Notes: generated from the sequence alone by a model not told the origin. 64,000 bases of DNA from an uncultured Chloroflexia bacterium (GCA_963789905.1 CAWBMK010000007.1:780-64779); one strand, 5' to 3'; positions 19,976 to 30,554 are shown, numbered from the stretch's first letter. Numbers and translations: made by a program.

Positions 19976-20998
19976 GTGCTGAGGCAGGTCGCGGATGGTG
20001 TGCTGATCCACCAGAGCGAGTTGCTCCAGAACAACGCCGTTGTCGTGCAAGGCCGGGCCGGCGTGTTGCTCATCGACCCCGGGATACAGGGCTCCGAAAT
20101 GGCCTGCCTCGCGAACGACCTTCGCGAGTTGGGCCAGCCCGTTGTGGCAGGCTTCTCGACGCATCCTGATTGGGATCACGTGCTCTGGCACGCCGAGCTC
20201 GGCGAAGCGCCCCGTTACGGTACAGCCCGCTGCGCAGCCTATATGCGAGATCTGCTGTCGAACGCGGACTGGAAGGCCCGCGTCGCCGAGGGGTTACCGC
20301 CGGAAATCGCCGAGGAGATACCGCTGGACCTGTTCGGCCTCATTACCGGTCTGCCTGCCGAAACTGCGCAGATTCCCTGGGATGGCCCTCAAGTCCGGAT
20401 CATCGAGCATCCGGCGCATGCCCAGGGCCATGCGGCGCTGTTGATCGAGGAGCGCGGCGTTCTCGTCGCCGGCGACATGCTTTCTGACATCCTGATTCCG
20501 TTCCCCGACCTGGACGCCGCGGATCCGATCGAGGACTACCTCGTTGGGCTGCGGCTGCTCGAGGGCGTGGCGGACGACGTCGATGTCCTCATCCCCGGTC
20601 ACGGGTCCGTCGGCGGAGCTGATCAGGTACGCGCACGGATCGAACAGGATCGCGCGTACGTGCATGCCCTGCGTGACGGCCATGCTCCCGACGACCCGCG
20701 CATCGGCCCATCGGCCACGTTCGGCAAGGATTGGCTGCCCGGCGTGTATGAATGGCAACTACAGCAGCTCGCCCAAAGAGTGAGCGCGACGGGGACACCC
20801 AGCAACGGAAGCACGGAAAGCGCAACCGCGTTCAACCGCTGCACGACCAACAGTCCGCCGGCGTGCGTGAATGACATCCGAAGACCGATAGCTACCGAGG
20901 CGTCCATGTGGGGATCATGCTTTGGAGCACACGGAGGTTCCCATGCAGACACGCCCGTTCCCCTCCACCCCGGATGCCCGTTCCCCCGCCGGGGCTGA
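19976..20998 (+). CDS. Metallo-beta-lactamase fold protein; probable frameshift near 20780, so true end likely ~20.8 kb
   Basis: GAAGGAG RBS before GTG; LLIDPG, STHPDWDH, HAQGH, VAGDML, IPGHG. Confidence 0.8.
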   Translation: MLRQVADGVLIHQSELLQNNAVVVQGRAGVLLIDPGIQGSEMACLANDLRELGQPVVAGFSTHPDWDHVLWHAELGEAPRYGTARCAAYMRDLLSNADWKARVAEGLPPEIAEEIPLDLFGLITGLPAETAQIPWDGPQVRIIEHPAHAQGHAALLIEERGVLVAGDMLSDILIPFPDLDAADPIEDYLVGLRLLEGVADDVDVLIPGHGSVGGADQVRARIEQDRAYVHALRDGHAPDDPRIGPSATFGKDWLPGVYEWQLQQLAQRVSATGTPSNGSTESATAFNRCTTNSPPACVNDIRRPIATEASMWGSCFGAHGGSHADTPVPLHPGCPFPRRG

Positions 20999-21335
20999 GA
21001 TCCGGTACCTGATGGAAGGCGAGACCGGCAACATGATCCACTCCACCGTCCCGCCAGGTCAGGTGAATTGGGCGACCGTTCACGCCACCGTGAGCGAGTT
21101 CTGGCACATTCTCTCGGGTCAGGGGCAGATCTGGCGACGAGACGCCACTGGTGAGGAGACGACCGTTCTGGGGAGAGGCGTTTCCATCGACATTCCGGTC
21201 GGGACCGCATTCCAGTACCGCTGCACCGGTGTCGACCCGCTCCAGTTCCTCTGCATCTCAATGCCGCGCTGGCCCGGCGACAAGGAAGCGACGGTCATTG
21301 AGGGGCCCTGGAGAGCGACTGCTCCCGAGGGTTGA
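20943..21335 (+). CDS. Cupin domain protein
   Basis: HATVSEFWHILSGQG, IDIPVGTAFQYR. Confidence 0.85.
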   Translation: MQTRPFPSTPDARSPAGAEIRYLMEGETGNMIHSTVPPGQVNWATVHATVSEFWHILSGQGQIWRRDATGEETTVLGRGVSIDIPVGTAFQYRCTGVDPLQFLCISMPRWPGDKEATVIEGPWRATAPEG

Positions 21336-21361
21336 CGGCAGGCGTCACCACGTGTGGATGG
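21309..21361. repeat. 53-bp direct repeat (right), includes cupin stop codon
   Basis: Matches 18157-18208 with one substitution and one indel. Confidence 0.9.
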
Positions 21362-21755
21362 TCCCCCTCGGCCAGTGTGACCTCACGGGTGCCCCGAGGG
21401 CCACAACGACCGGCGACTGAAGCACGATCTGCTGCGTGGGACCGGCGGGTTCAGTCCCGTTTACCAGACCGCTACTCGTCCGCTTGGGGGCTGGTCTTCA
21501 GGTTCGGGCAGGCGCGGGGCGAGCGCGAGAAGGAGCAGCGGCAGATCGAGCCGGTTCGAAAGCTGCATCCGCCTCGCCCGTCCGCGGGGCAATCGGGAAG
21601 TTCTGGGTGAAGACGTCTTCGGGGTCATACTGAGCCTTCGCCCGTGGAGCCGAGACAGGGTCGCGCCGGGAAACGCGTCCGCGAGACGGTCGGGCCGCAA
21701 GTCGGTCTCCAAGGCTCAGGCAGAGCCCGGCGACGCTAGGGCGCAGGTCGTCACA

Positions 21756-22235
21756 GTGGCGCAGGAAGGCGCGCTCATCCGCTGGAAGGAGGACCCATCC
21801 GTGTTCGCGAACAGCCAGCACCATCCGGTCGTCGTCCGACTGAACGACGAACGCTTTGCCGACTTTCAGTTGCGTCTCGCCGATCGGATCACTGCGTTCG
21901 CCGGATCGATGAACTTCGTCTACCTCCACGCCTTGGTGTTCGTCACCTGGATGATCGCTGTCGAGCAGCGCCCGTGGCCGACGCTCACCCTTGCCGTTTC
22001 CGTCGAGGCGATCTTCCTGTCGACGTTCGTCATGATCGGGCAGAACCGCCAGGGAATGTTTCAGCAGGCGAAGGCCGATCACGATTTCCTCGAGGAAGAG
22101 CAGGAACTCAAACTGAACACCGAGCTGACTCGCTCGATCCACGACCTCACGCTGGAGCTTCGCCAGCGGTTCGTGACTGGGCAAACCGGTCCTCAACCAG
22201 AAACAACGATTCCAGACGGACCGAAACCCGCTTGA
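21756..22235 (+). CDS. DUF1003 family membrane protein
   Basis: LADRITAFAGSMNFVYLH, LTLAVSVEAIFLSTFVMIGQNRQ. Confidence 0.85.
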   Translation: MAQEGALIRWKEDPSVFANSQHHPVVVRLNDERFADFQLRLADRITAFAGSMNFVYLHALVFVTWMIAVEQRPWPTLTLAVSVEAIFLSTFVMIGQNRQGMFQQAKADHDFLEEEQELKLNTELTRSIHDLTLELRQRFVTGQTGPQPETTIPDGPKPA

Positions 22236-22468
22236 TGGTGTACGACCAGGGCCGCTGGAGGACAATGTCGTCGTGGGGCGACGTGCCGCCGAGTCTGGTG
22301 CGCGGCGTCCCCGGGGCCGACGGCACGGTCGGTGGCCGTCGCTCCCGCACCGCTGGTGCGACAGCGACAACCCGCACGAGGGGAGGTGATGCCGATCGGG
22401 CAGACCAGGATCCGGCTCGACCCGGCAGGGCCCGAGCGAGGAGCAGCAAAGGATGAAAGGACGTTCCC

Positions 22469-22900
22469 GTGGATTTTGACAAGCAACTCGCCGAACTCCA
22501 GGTCCACGTCGCCGAAGCCCAGGCCGCCGCCCGGGCGGCGGTGACGGAGTCGCACGACCAGATCAAGGAGCGACTCGATCAGGCCCAGGGCGACATGAAC
22601 AAGACTGTCAAGGCCGCCAAGGCCGAGGCCGCCCAGGGCAGCGACGATGCCAAGGCTCGTTGGGGCCAGATGAAGGCGGACGCCGCGGCCAAGGCGGCCG
22701 AGGCGAAGCGGACGATCGATCGACGCGGCGATGAGTTCGACGCGGATATCGCCGAGTCGGACGCCGCGATGGCCGAGGACGATGCCGCTTCCGCGATCGA
22801 CTTCGCGGAATGGGCGGTCGACAACGCTCGCATCGCTGTCCTCGATGCGATCGACGCACGCATCTATGCGCGCCAGAAGGAAGTGTCCATCCGACGCTGA
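22469..22900 (+). CDS. Ala-rich coiled-coil hypothetical protein
   Basis: GC3-consistent ORF with GTG start; DIAESDAAMAEDDAASAIDFAEWAVDNA. Confidence 0.65.
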   Translation: MDFDKQLAELQVHVAEAQAAARAAVTESHDQIKERLDQAQGDMNKTVKAAKAEAAQGSDDAKARWGQMKADAAAKAAEAKRTIDRRGDEFDADIAESDAAMAEDDAASAIDFAEWAVDNARIAVLDAIDARIYARQKEVSIRR

Positions 22901-22997
22901 CCCCGCGTCAGCGCAGCGCCCAGGCAGCGCAGGCTGACCGCGCAGCCGTGCCCGCCGGCCGCCCATGACCGAGCGGTGTTGGCCGAGACCAAGGGCG

Positions 22998-23725
22998 TCA
23001 ACGAGATGTGAACGCGGACGAACCGGAGCGGCGGCCGGCCCCTAGGGCCCGGCCGCCGACCGGTTTTGCCGCCATTGCCACCGCGCTCCTGTCCTGTCCA
23101 CCCGGCCGCCCAGCGCAGGCAACCCTCGTGGACAACCGCGGTCCAGGCGGGTCAGTGCGCTGCCGCGCGCTGAAGAGCTTGGGCAGCGCCGCGCCGAGCT
23201 CATGGAGCCGATACGCGAGGCCGAGGCTCGAGACCCCGAACACGACCGACCAGATCCCTACCAGCCACACGAGCGAGATCAGTCCCTCGCCCGGGAAGGC
23301 GATGAGCAGCGCGCCGAACACGATCGACGCCACGCCGCCGAGCGCCATCCAGAACTCGCCATCGAGCTCGCGCCGGAGGGCGATGGCCGCGATGACCTGG
23401 AACGTGCCCGTCGCGATCGCCCAGAAGGCCACGAGGTAGAGCAGCGACAGGGCCGTCAGGCCCGGCCATGCGAAGGTGACGACGCCGGCGACGATGCCGA
23501 GGACGCCAATGATCCCCACGGCCCAGGCGTGACGCCGCGCGACCGGTCGCCGCGAACGAGCGCGACGAGCAGCGCGACGCCGTCGACGAGGACGTAGGCG
23601 CCGAACAGGAAGACGAGCACCGTGAGCGTCGTCTCCGGCCAGATGAATGCGAGGATGCCGAACACGAGCGCGGCGATGCCCCGGATCGCGAACACCCACC
23701 AGTCGCGGGTCACCAGACCAAGCAT
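22998..23725 (-). CDS. HdeD/DUF308 family membrane protein, frameshift ~23545; real stop may be ~23152
   Basis: WWVFAIRGIAALVFGILAFIWP, FGAYVLVDG, FWAIATGTFQ, LLIAFPGEG. Confidence 0.85.
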
Positions 23726-23763
23726 TGGAACCTTCTCCTTTCGATTGAAACCTGAAATCTGGA

Positions 23764-23822
23764 CGAAGCGTCCGATCCGACAGGATGAGCGGTCGTCACC
23801 CGATCCGGCCGATTCGGCCAGC
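23764..23822. promoter_or_regulatory. 59-bp upstream element type B containing GGATGA-N7-TCACCC
   Basis: 55/59 identical to 30257-30315; same offset from a minus-strand start. Confidence 0.75.
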
Positions 23823-23952
23823 TGGTCCCGCAGGCCAGCCGCCGCCGACTCGCGTCAGCTCGGGTGGCGCGTGGCTCCGCGCCGTCCGCAAATGGAAAGC
23901 GGGGCCACCGGAGGCTCCACGCACCCGGTGGCCCCGCCACGCTCGCCCCTGG

Positions 23953-24777
23953 TCAGGGCACGAGCGCCTCGCGCGTGGCCTCGACCGACTCCTTCGCGAG
24001 CCGGCGGGCCTCCTCGAGCTTCGCCTTGCGCGCCTCGTGCGACGCCTTCAGCTCCTCCATGCGGGCGTCGATCTGCTGCCGCTGGCTCTCACGCGCCTTG
24101 GCCTGCTGCTCGCGCAGCGTGGCGAGCCGCGCCTCGAACTCGGCCTTCTGCTGGGCGAGCGTCTTGTCGATGCGATCCACCAGGGCCTCCAGCTTGCTGC
24201 CGCTGCGCGTCGATCGCCTTCTCCACGTTCGCCTTCGCCTCGGCCGAGGTCTCCCGAAGCTCGGCGCGGAGCTGCTCGAGCTCCAGCCGCGCGGACTCGG
24301 TCTCGCGGATCAGCTCTGCGTCGATGACCTCGCCAGGGAGACGACGGAACGTCGTCCCGCCCAACGCTCCGAGGCGAATGTCGATCGGCGTCACCCACAT
24401 CTCGTCGATGTCCGCGACGACGGCGGCCTTGCCCGGGGTCAGTGAGGCCGAGACCTCGTCGACGAAGTCCATGCTCACGCCGGCCTTGAACATGTCGTAC
24501 ATGAGCCCGCCGAAGCCGCCGACGTACGCGCCCACCGCGACGCCCACCGGGCCTCCGAGCAGCCCGACGAGGCCGCCGGTGACCATGCCAACGAGCGTGC
24601 CGATCGGTCCGCGTCCGCCGCCTGGCGGACCGACACGGTCCCCGAGGCGTCCTTGGCGATCACGGTCGACGCGTACAGGGTGATGTCACCGTCCCGGTGC
24701 AGGTCCTTGAGGGCGGTCAGCCCCTCGAATGCCGTTCGCTCAGAGTCGAACACCGAAACCAGGATCTTGTTTCCCAC
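23953..24777 (-). CDS. DUF1269 protein with C-terminal coiled coil, frameshifts ~24620 and ~24200
   Basis: AAGGAG RBS, GTG start; ILVSVFDSERTAFEGLTALKDLH, GLVGLLGGPVG, LTPGKAAVVADIDE. Confidence 0.8.
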
Positions 24778-24842
24778 TTCTCGTGGCTCCTTTCCATAGT
24801 CGCGATGGTTCGCGACGATCAGGTGGAGCCTCCCGCCCGCCC

Positions 24843-24875
24843 GGATGAGCGTGCGTCGTCCGATCCGACCAATTC
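24843..24875. promoter_or_regulatory. Degenerate type B element GGATGA-N7-TCGTCC-GATCCG
   Basis: GGATG 66 bp upstream of the DUF1269 start, similar to the 58 and 62 bp offsets of the other copies. Confidence 0.55.
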
Positions 24876-24931
24876 CAACGCTCGGCTGAGCCGCGGCGCT
24901 CCACGGGAGATCGCGGCTCGCGGCGTGACCG

Positions 24932-25150
24932 TCAGCGTCTCGGGCGACGGACCTCGAGGAGCTCGAGCCCGAGCGCCTCGATCTGTGCCAGGACCCCATG
25001 CAGCGCCGCCTGGTCGGGCAGCGCGCCCGCGAGAACGGTGTCGCTGCGATCCGTGCGCGACCGGAGCCCGGGGAAGGCGGTGAGCAGCCTGTCGCTCAGG
25101 ACCCCGCGGACCCGGATCACGTACTGCGTCGGCCCAAGGTGTTCGTCCAC
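24932..25150 (-). CDS. Small conserved hypothetical protein (72 aa) downstream of the MalT-like regulator
   Basis: YVIRVRGVLSDRLLTAFPGL..TVLAGALPDQAALHGVLAQIEALGLELLEV. Confidence 0.7.
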   Translation of the reverse strand: MDEHLGPTQYVIRVRGVLSDRLLTAFPGLRSRTDRSDTVLAGALPDQAALHGVLAQIEALGLELLEVRRPRR

Positions 25151-25238
25151 GGGCACAGCGTCGGCGCCGGCGGGATGAGCGCACATCCACCGGATCGTGT
25201 GAGAGCGACCACCGGGGCGCCCGCCGTGAGCGGTCGCC

Positions 25239-27903
25239 CTAGCGACCCGATCGCGCCGACGGTCCGAGCAGCCCCAGCTCGCGCGCGCGGTCCACCGCCT
25301 CGGTGCGCCGATGCGCGTCCAGCTTCTCGTAGATGTGGCGCATGTGGGTCTTGACGGTGCTCGTCGAGACGTAGAGCTGGCCGGCGATCTCGCCCGCGGA
25401 CAGGTTGCTCGGCAGGAAGCGGAGCACTCGGAGCTCGCTCTCACTGAGCGGCTCGGGCGGCGTCGCGGGCTCGCGGCGACGTGGCTGGGAGCGACGACCC
25501 GCCGAGGACGCTGAGGAGGTCGGCCAGCAGGGCGGCGTGCGCCGTGCGGTGCCGCGGATGCCGCTCGAGGAGGTCCCGTGCCGGCACCACGACGAACGGG
25601 AAGACGAGCGAGTCGGGTTCGGCGATGTCGAGGCCGCGCTCGATATCGCGCTCGGCCGTCACGCGGTCGCCGAGCTGGTCGCGCGCGACCGCATCGCAGC
25701 ATCAGCGCCTGGATCACGGTCCCGGCGCGGACGACCGGTGCCGTCCCGTCGAGCACCGGCGCGAGTGCTTCGATGGCCGCCCCGTGGTCGCCCTCGGCGA
25801 GTCGAAGCGCGGCGAGGGCCGTCCGCGCCTCACCGAACTCGTGGTCCCGGTCGGTCAGGCTGGCGACCGTGGCCCGTGCGCCGGTCACGTCGCCCATCCG
25901 CAGCTGCGTCTGCGCGATCGACACCCTGGCCGGGCCGGTCAGCGCGTGCGAGGTGGCCAGCACGTCCTGGAGCCGCTCGGCGGCCCGGAACTCGCCGAGT
26001 GCCTCCCCGAACCGGCCCTCGCCGGCATGCAGCTCGCCGCGCACGAAGTGCACGAGCAGGGCCGTGGCGGGGTCGAGCTCCGCCCGGATCGAGTGCTCGG
26101 CTCGGTCGAGCCAGCGGCGTCCCTCCTCGAACCGGCCCTGCGCCGCGTCGGCCGAGGCCATCGTCGCCAATGCGGTGCAGGCGATCGGGTCGGTCGCCCA
26201 GCCGTGCGCCTCGGCGATCGCGATCGCCTCGCAGGCATCGTTGCCGTGCCTGCGCGAGCGAGCGTCGGGCGGCGCCAAGCCCGAGGTGCGAGAGACAGCC
26301 GATCTGGACGTAGGGCCGGTCGATCAGCCGCGCGAGCGCCAGGCCCTGCTCCAGGTGTCGCTCGGCGTCGTCCAGCCGGAACGACCAGAGCTCGACGATG
26401 CCGAGGTTCATCAACGCGACCGCCCTCGCGTCGTTGCTCAGCGTCAGCTCGGTCACCGAGTCCGCCTCGACGGGTTCGAGCAGCGGACCCACCTCGCGGA
26501 GCGCCGACTCGAGATCACCGCGCCGGCGGGCGAGCTCCAGCCGGACGACCGCGAGCATGACCGCGAACTGATGCTGCCGTTCGGCGACGACCTCCGAAGC
26601 ATGTCGCTCGGCCAGCGCGATGTATGCGGCCGCCGTCTCGAGGGAGTGCTGCGTCAGCTCGACGTAGGCGAGGAGCGCGGCCAGCTCGGGATGCGACAGC
26701 GCATCGGCGGGGAAGGCCGCGAGCAGGGCGCCGATGGTCGCGACCTGACCGTCGAGCGAGAGGCTGAGACCATGGTCGGCGAGCAGACGCCCCGCGTGCT
26801 TCCAGTCGCCGGCGGCCTGGGCGTGACGGATCGCGTCGACGGCGTGCCCATGCTCGGCGAGCCAGTCGGCGGCGACCCGGTGCAGGTCCCCGATGGCATC
26901 GGGTTCGCTGCGCCGAAGCTCGAGGAGCAGGAGATCCGCGAACAGCGGGTGGTAGCGGAACCACGACCGCTCAGGGTCGACCGAAACGACGAACGCGTTC
27001 GAGTCCTCCAGCTCGAGGAGCATCCGCTCCGAGCCGCTCGCTCCGGTGAGGCGGTCGGCGAGCGGGCCGCAGACCCGCTCCAGGATCGAGGTGCGGAGCA
27101 GGAGCTGCCTGACCTCTTCGGGCTGGCGCTCGAGGACCTCGGCGAGCAGGTAGTCCGCCACCGTCCGCTCGCTGCCGGCGAACTCGGCGACGAACCGCTC
27201 GGGGTCCGGGTGACCGGCGAGCGACATCGTGGCGAGCCGCAGGCCCGCGGCCCACCCCTCGGTCCGTGCCAGGAGCATGGCGGCGGCCTCGGCGGACAGC
27301 TCGACCCCGGAGGCATCGAGCAGTTGCCGCGCCTCCTCGGCCGACAGCCGGAGGTCGACGGCACGGAGCTCGGTCAGCTCGCCAGCCAGGCGCAGGCGAT
27401 GGAGTCCCAGGGAGGGGTCATGGCGGGTGGCCAGGACCACGTACAGCAACCGTGGCCGCCGCGCGAGCAGGAGCTCCAACTGCGCCTGCGCATCCGGCGA
27501 GACCAGCTCATGCAGATCGTCGATCACGAGCACGACGGGCTCATCGAGCGCCTCGAGCTCCGAGATGAGGCGCCGCACCAACCCTTCGCCGTCGAACTCC
27601 GGCGTCGGCGCGAGCTTCTGCGACGAGCCCATCCCTGCCGACCGCGGAGCGCAGCCGCTCGACGACCGACAGCCAGAAGCGCTGGGCGTCGCGTTCGTGG
27701 CGCTCCACCAGCACCCAGGCCGTTCGTGCGCGGAGGCCCGCCTCATCGATCCACGAGCGAAGCAGCACCGTCTTCCCGCTGCCGGGCGGCGCCGAGACGA
27801 GCGTTACTCCAGCGGAGACTCCGGCAGACAGGCGCGCGTACAGAGCTCCTCGTGCCACGACGCCAGGGGCGCGGACGGCGACCGTCTCCTCGGGACCGCC
27901 CAT
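25239..27903 (-). CDS. MalT-like STAND ATPase/TPR/LuxR regulator 2, about four frameshifts
   Basis: APPGSGKT, LVIDDLHEL, RTEGWAAGLRLA, WFRYHPLFADLL, LSESELRVLRFLPSNLSAGEIAGQLYVSTSTVKTH. Confidence 0.85.
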
Positions 27904-27977
27904 GCCGTCATGGTTGCACGCCGGCATGACCGTCTGAGGCCGCGTCGGACGTCGCCGTCCGCGTCCAGCGCGCTCCA

Positions 27978-29099
27978 TCAGCTCGAGGACGGCATCGGGG
28001 CCATGTCATTGCCCCCGAGCAGCTCCCCCGAGTGGCCTCGCCGCATCACGATGAGGAGCACCCACCCGATGGGGATCGGGGCGAACCATTGGGCGATCCG
28101 GAACAGCGACACGGCGGCGGTGAGCTGGTCGGTCATCCCCGACCCTGCCACGCTCGACAAGATGCCGATGTAGGCGACCTCGGAGACGCCGACGGCTCCC
28201 GGCGTGATTGGCACGAGCGACACGATCCCGACGACCGCCATCGCGGCCAGCACAGCCGACGGCGGGAGGACATCCGGCCCGACGCCGACGCACCAGAGGG
28301 CGACCTCGAGAACGACGAACCAGGCAAGCTTGCCGACCACCGCCGCGGCGAATCCGAGCAGGCCATGCAGCGTGAGCATCGCCTTCAAGCGCTCGCGCAG
28401 GTCCAGCATGCCCTCGACGATGCCCGTTGGCGGCGTCTTCCGGAACAGCCTCCAGATGCGCTGGGCCATCGAGTCGAGCCAGCCGCCGAGCCTCCGCGCG
28501 AGGCTCTCTGACCGCACGACGGAGACCAGCAAGACCGCGGCTGCGGCCAGCACGATGAGGCCGATAAGGGCGAGCAGGAGCGCCTGCCACTGGATCGGGG
28601 GACCGTCGACAAGCAGACCGACGGTGGCGATCACCGGCAGGGCAAAGGGGGAGAGCGTCTCGAACAGGCTCGCCAGGACGATCCCGGCGCTCGCGACGTC
28701 GGCGGGGATCGACCACTGGCGGTACAGAACGAACCGCGTGGCAACCTCGGTCGGCCCGGGCACGGTGCTGACGACCGCGCGCGCGGCCAGGTCCGATGCG
28801 ACGGCATGCGGCCAGGAGAGCCCGGGGACGAGGACACGGTAGGGACCAGAGCTGGCGACATAGGCGACGATGCTGGCGGCGCCGAGAAGCGCGAACTGCC
28901 ACGGGGTCAGCGCTGCGAGCGCGGCGCGAACGGCGTCGTAGTCGACCAGCCGGGGCAGCATGATCCCGAACACGAACACGAAGACACCGACGAGCACGAG
29001 CGCACGACCCACGATCGCTCGACGAGTCAGCGTCGGCTGGGCCGGTGGCGCCACCGGCGGGCTCGCGATCGCGCCCGCGGATGCTGCGTCCGGCGTCAC
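27978..29099 (-). CDS. Lysylphosphatidylglycerol synthase TM region (UPF0104/MprF flippase-like) protein
   Basis: GTGA overlap with AI-2E stop; LVPITPGAVGVSE, FRIAQWFAPIPIG. Confidence 0.8.
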   Translation of the reverse strand: MTPDAASAGAIASPPVAPPAQPTLTRRAIVGRALVLVGVFVFVFGIMLPRLVDYDAVRAALAALTPWQFALLGAASIVAYVASSGPYRVLVPGLSWPHAVASDLAARAVVSTVPGPTEVATRFVLYRQWSIPADVASAGIVLASLFETLSPFALPVIATVGLLVDGPPIQWQALLLALIGLIVLAAAAVLLVSVVRSESLARRLGGWLDSMAQRIWRLFRKTPPTGIVEGMLDLRERLKAMLTLHGLLGFAAAVVGKLAWFVVLEVALWCVGVGPDVLPPSAVLAAMAVVGIVSLVPITPGAVGVSEVAYIGILSSVAGSGMTDQLTAAVSLFRIAQWFAPIPIGWVLLIVMRRGHSGELLGGNDMAPMPSSS

Positions 29100-30214
29100 G
29101 CGATGGTCCCAGGGTGCGGCTCGACGTTGTTGCGGAACAGGCTCGCAATGCCACGCGAGGACGGGAAGGCCTCGAGGAGCATGACCAGCCCCACGGTCAG
29201 CGGGACCGCGAGGAGCGCGCCGGCCGGGCCGAGGATCCAGGCCCACACGATGACTGCGACGAAAACGACCAGCGGGCTCAGGTTGAGCTCGCTCCCCATG
29301 ACCACCGGCTGGAGGAATTGGTCCTGGGCGAAGTTGATGAGCGCGTAGCCGAGGACGACCATCGCCGCGGCCGTCGGCCCGCTGTCGAGGTATGCCAGCA
29401 CCGTCGGCGGGATGACGGCGATGACGGAGCCGATGTTCGGGACGAAGCTGGCGGCGAACACGAGCATCGCCCACAGGACGGGGAATGACACGCCGAGCAC
29501 GAGGAGGAGGCCGAACGAGAGCACCGCGGCGAACAGCCCGAGCTTGGCGCGCACAACGAGGTAGCGCCGCAGGTCGGTGCCGAACCGCTCCATGCCGAGC
29601 AGGACCGCAGGCTGCTCGCCGAACGCTGCGGTCGCCCTGTCTCGGAAGGACGCCCCGCCGGCGAGCGCGTAGATCATGGTGAAGGCGAGGACGAACAGCG
29701 CGCCGCCGGCCTCGGACACGGACGATACGACCGGCCTGACGAATGCGAAGACCTGCTCCGGCGAGATGATCGCGCTGATGGCTCCGGGATCGACGCCGAT
29801 CGGGAGCTGCGCGATGAGATCGCGCAGTGCCGCAAGTGCCGCGTTCAGGCGGCTTTCGTACCTGGGGATCTGGACGACGAGCTCGCCCACCGAGAGCGCG
29901 GCGATGATGGCCGCAAGGACGACGACGGCGAGAACGACCACGATCGCCCCCGCCAGGGCGACGGCGTGGCGGACGCCACGCCGCTCGAGCGTGCCGACCA
30001 TCGGCCAAGCGGTGAGGGCGATGAAGAGCCCGAACAGCACCGGGACGACGAGCGAAGCCATCTCGCGAAGGGCGAGCACCGCGACGAGGACGAGCACGAA
30101 CCCGGCCATCGCCGTGAGCGGGCCGGCATGCTGGCTCAGCCTGTCCGCGCCGGACACGTCGCGGCGATGCCAAACGGCGCCGCCGCTCGCAGGTTCCTCG
30201 TTGCCATCGGGCAT
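29096..30214 (-). CDS. AI-2E (PerM/UPF0118) family transporter
   Basis: FVPNIGSVIAVIPP, FLQPVVMGSELNLSPLVVF, GALLAVPLT. Confidence 0.9.
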   Translation of the reverse strand: MPDGNEEPASGGAVWHRRDVSGADRLSQHAGPLTAMAGFVLVLVAVLALREMASLVVPVLFGLFIALTAWPMVGTLERRGVRHAVALAGAIVVVLAVVVLAAIIAALSVGELVVQIPRYESRLNAALAALRDLIAQLPIGVDPGAISAIISPEQVFAFVRPVVSSVSEAGGALFVLAFTMIYALAGGASFRDRATAAFGEQPAVLLGMERFGTDLRRYLVVRAKLGLFAAVLSFGLLLVLGVSFPVLWAMLVFAASFVPNIGSVIAVIPPTVLAYLDSGPTAAAMVVLGYALINFAQDQFLQPVVMGSELNLSPLVVFVAVIVWAWILGPAGALLAVPLTVGLVMLLEAFPSSRGIASLFRNNVEPHPGTIA

Positions 30215-30256
30215 CTTCGACCTCCCTGATCTCGGTCTGCTCAGCCGGGCCGTGGG

Positions 30257-30315
30257 CGAAGCGTCCGATCCGCCGGGATGAGCGGTCGTCCCACGATCCG
30301 GCCGATTCGGCCAGC
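30257..30315. promoter_or_regulatory. 59-bp upstream element type B
   Basis: 55/59 identical to 23764-23822. Confidence 0.75.
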
Positions 30316-30554
30316 CCGGTCGGACGTGGCCGACCATAGCGACTTAGTTCTCGCAGGCGCAGGATCCGGTGCCCCAACGCACCGCAGATCGTCCTTCCGG
30401 CATCGTAGCGCTGGTACGATGGGCGACGTCACGCGCTCTTCATCGAACCGTCAGCGTCCCGGGTGAGTGGCGGATCGGCGCGGTGTTGTGACGCCGCGGG
30501 CGCCATGATCGCACCTACGACATGGGTGCCCACGACGTCCGGCATAGTGGTGGC

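Noticed and set aside
18157-21361. Integron attC or CRISPR interpretation of the direct repeats
   Set aside because: Only two copies, no GTTRRRY/RYYYAAC pair or attC-like dyad, no regular spacers, no intI or cas genes
24932-26278. 448-aa ORF appearing to fuse TPR-like sequence to the small conserved protein
   Set aside because: Artefact of frameshifts in MalT-like regulator 2 running into the downstream gene's frame
27978-30377. 799-aa ORF
   Set aside because: Only the part from GTG 29099 is protein-like; the rest is an alternative frame of the AI-2E gene
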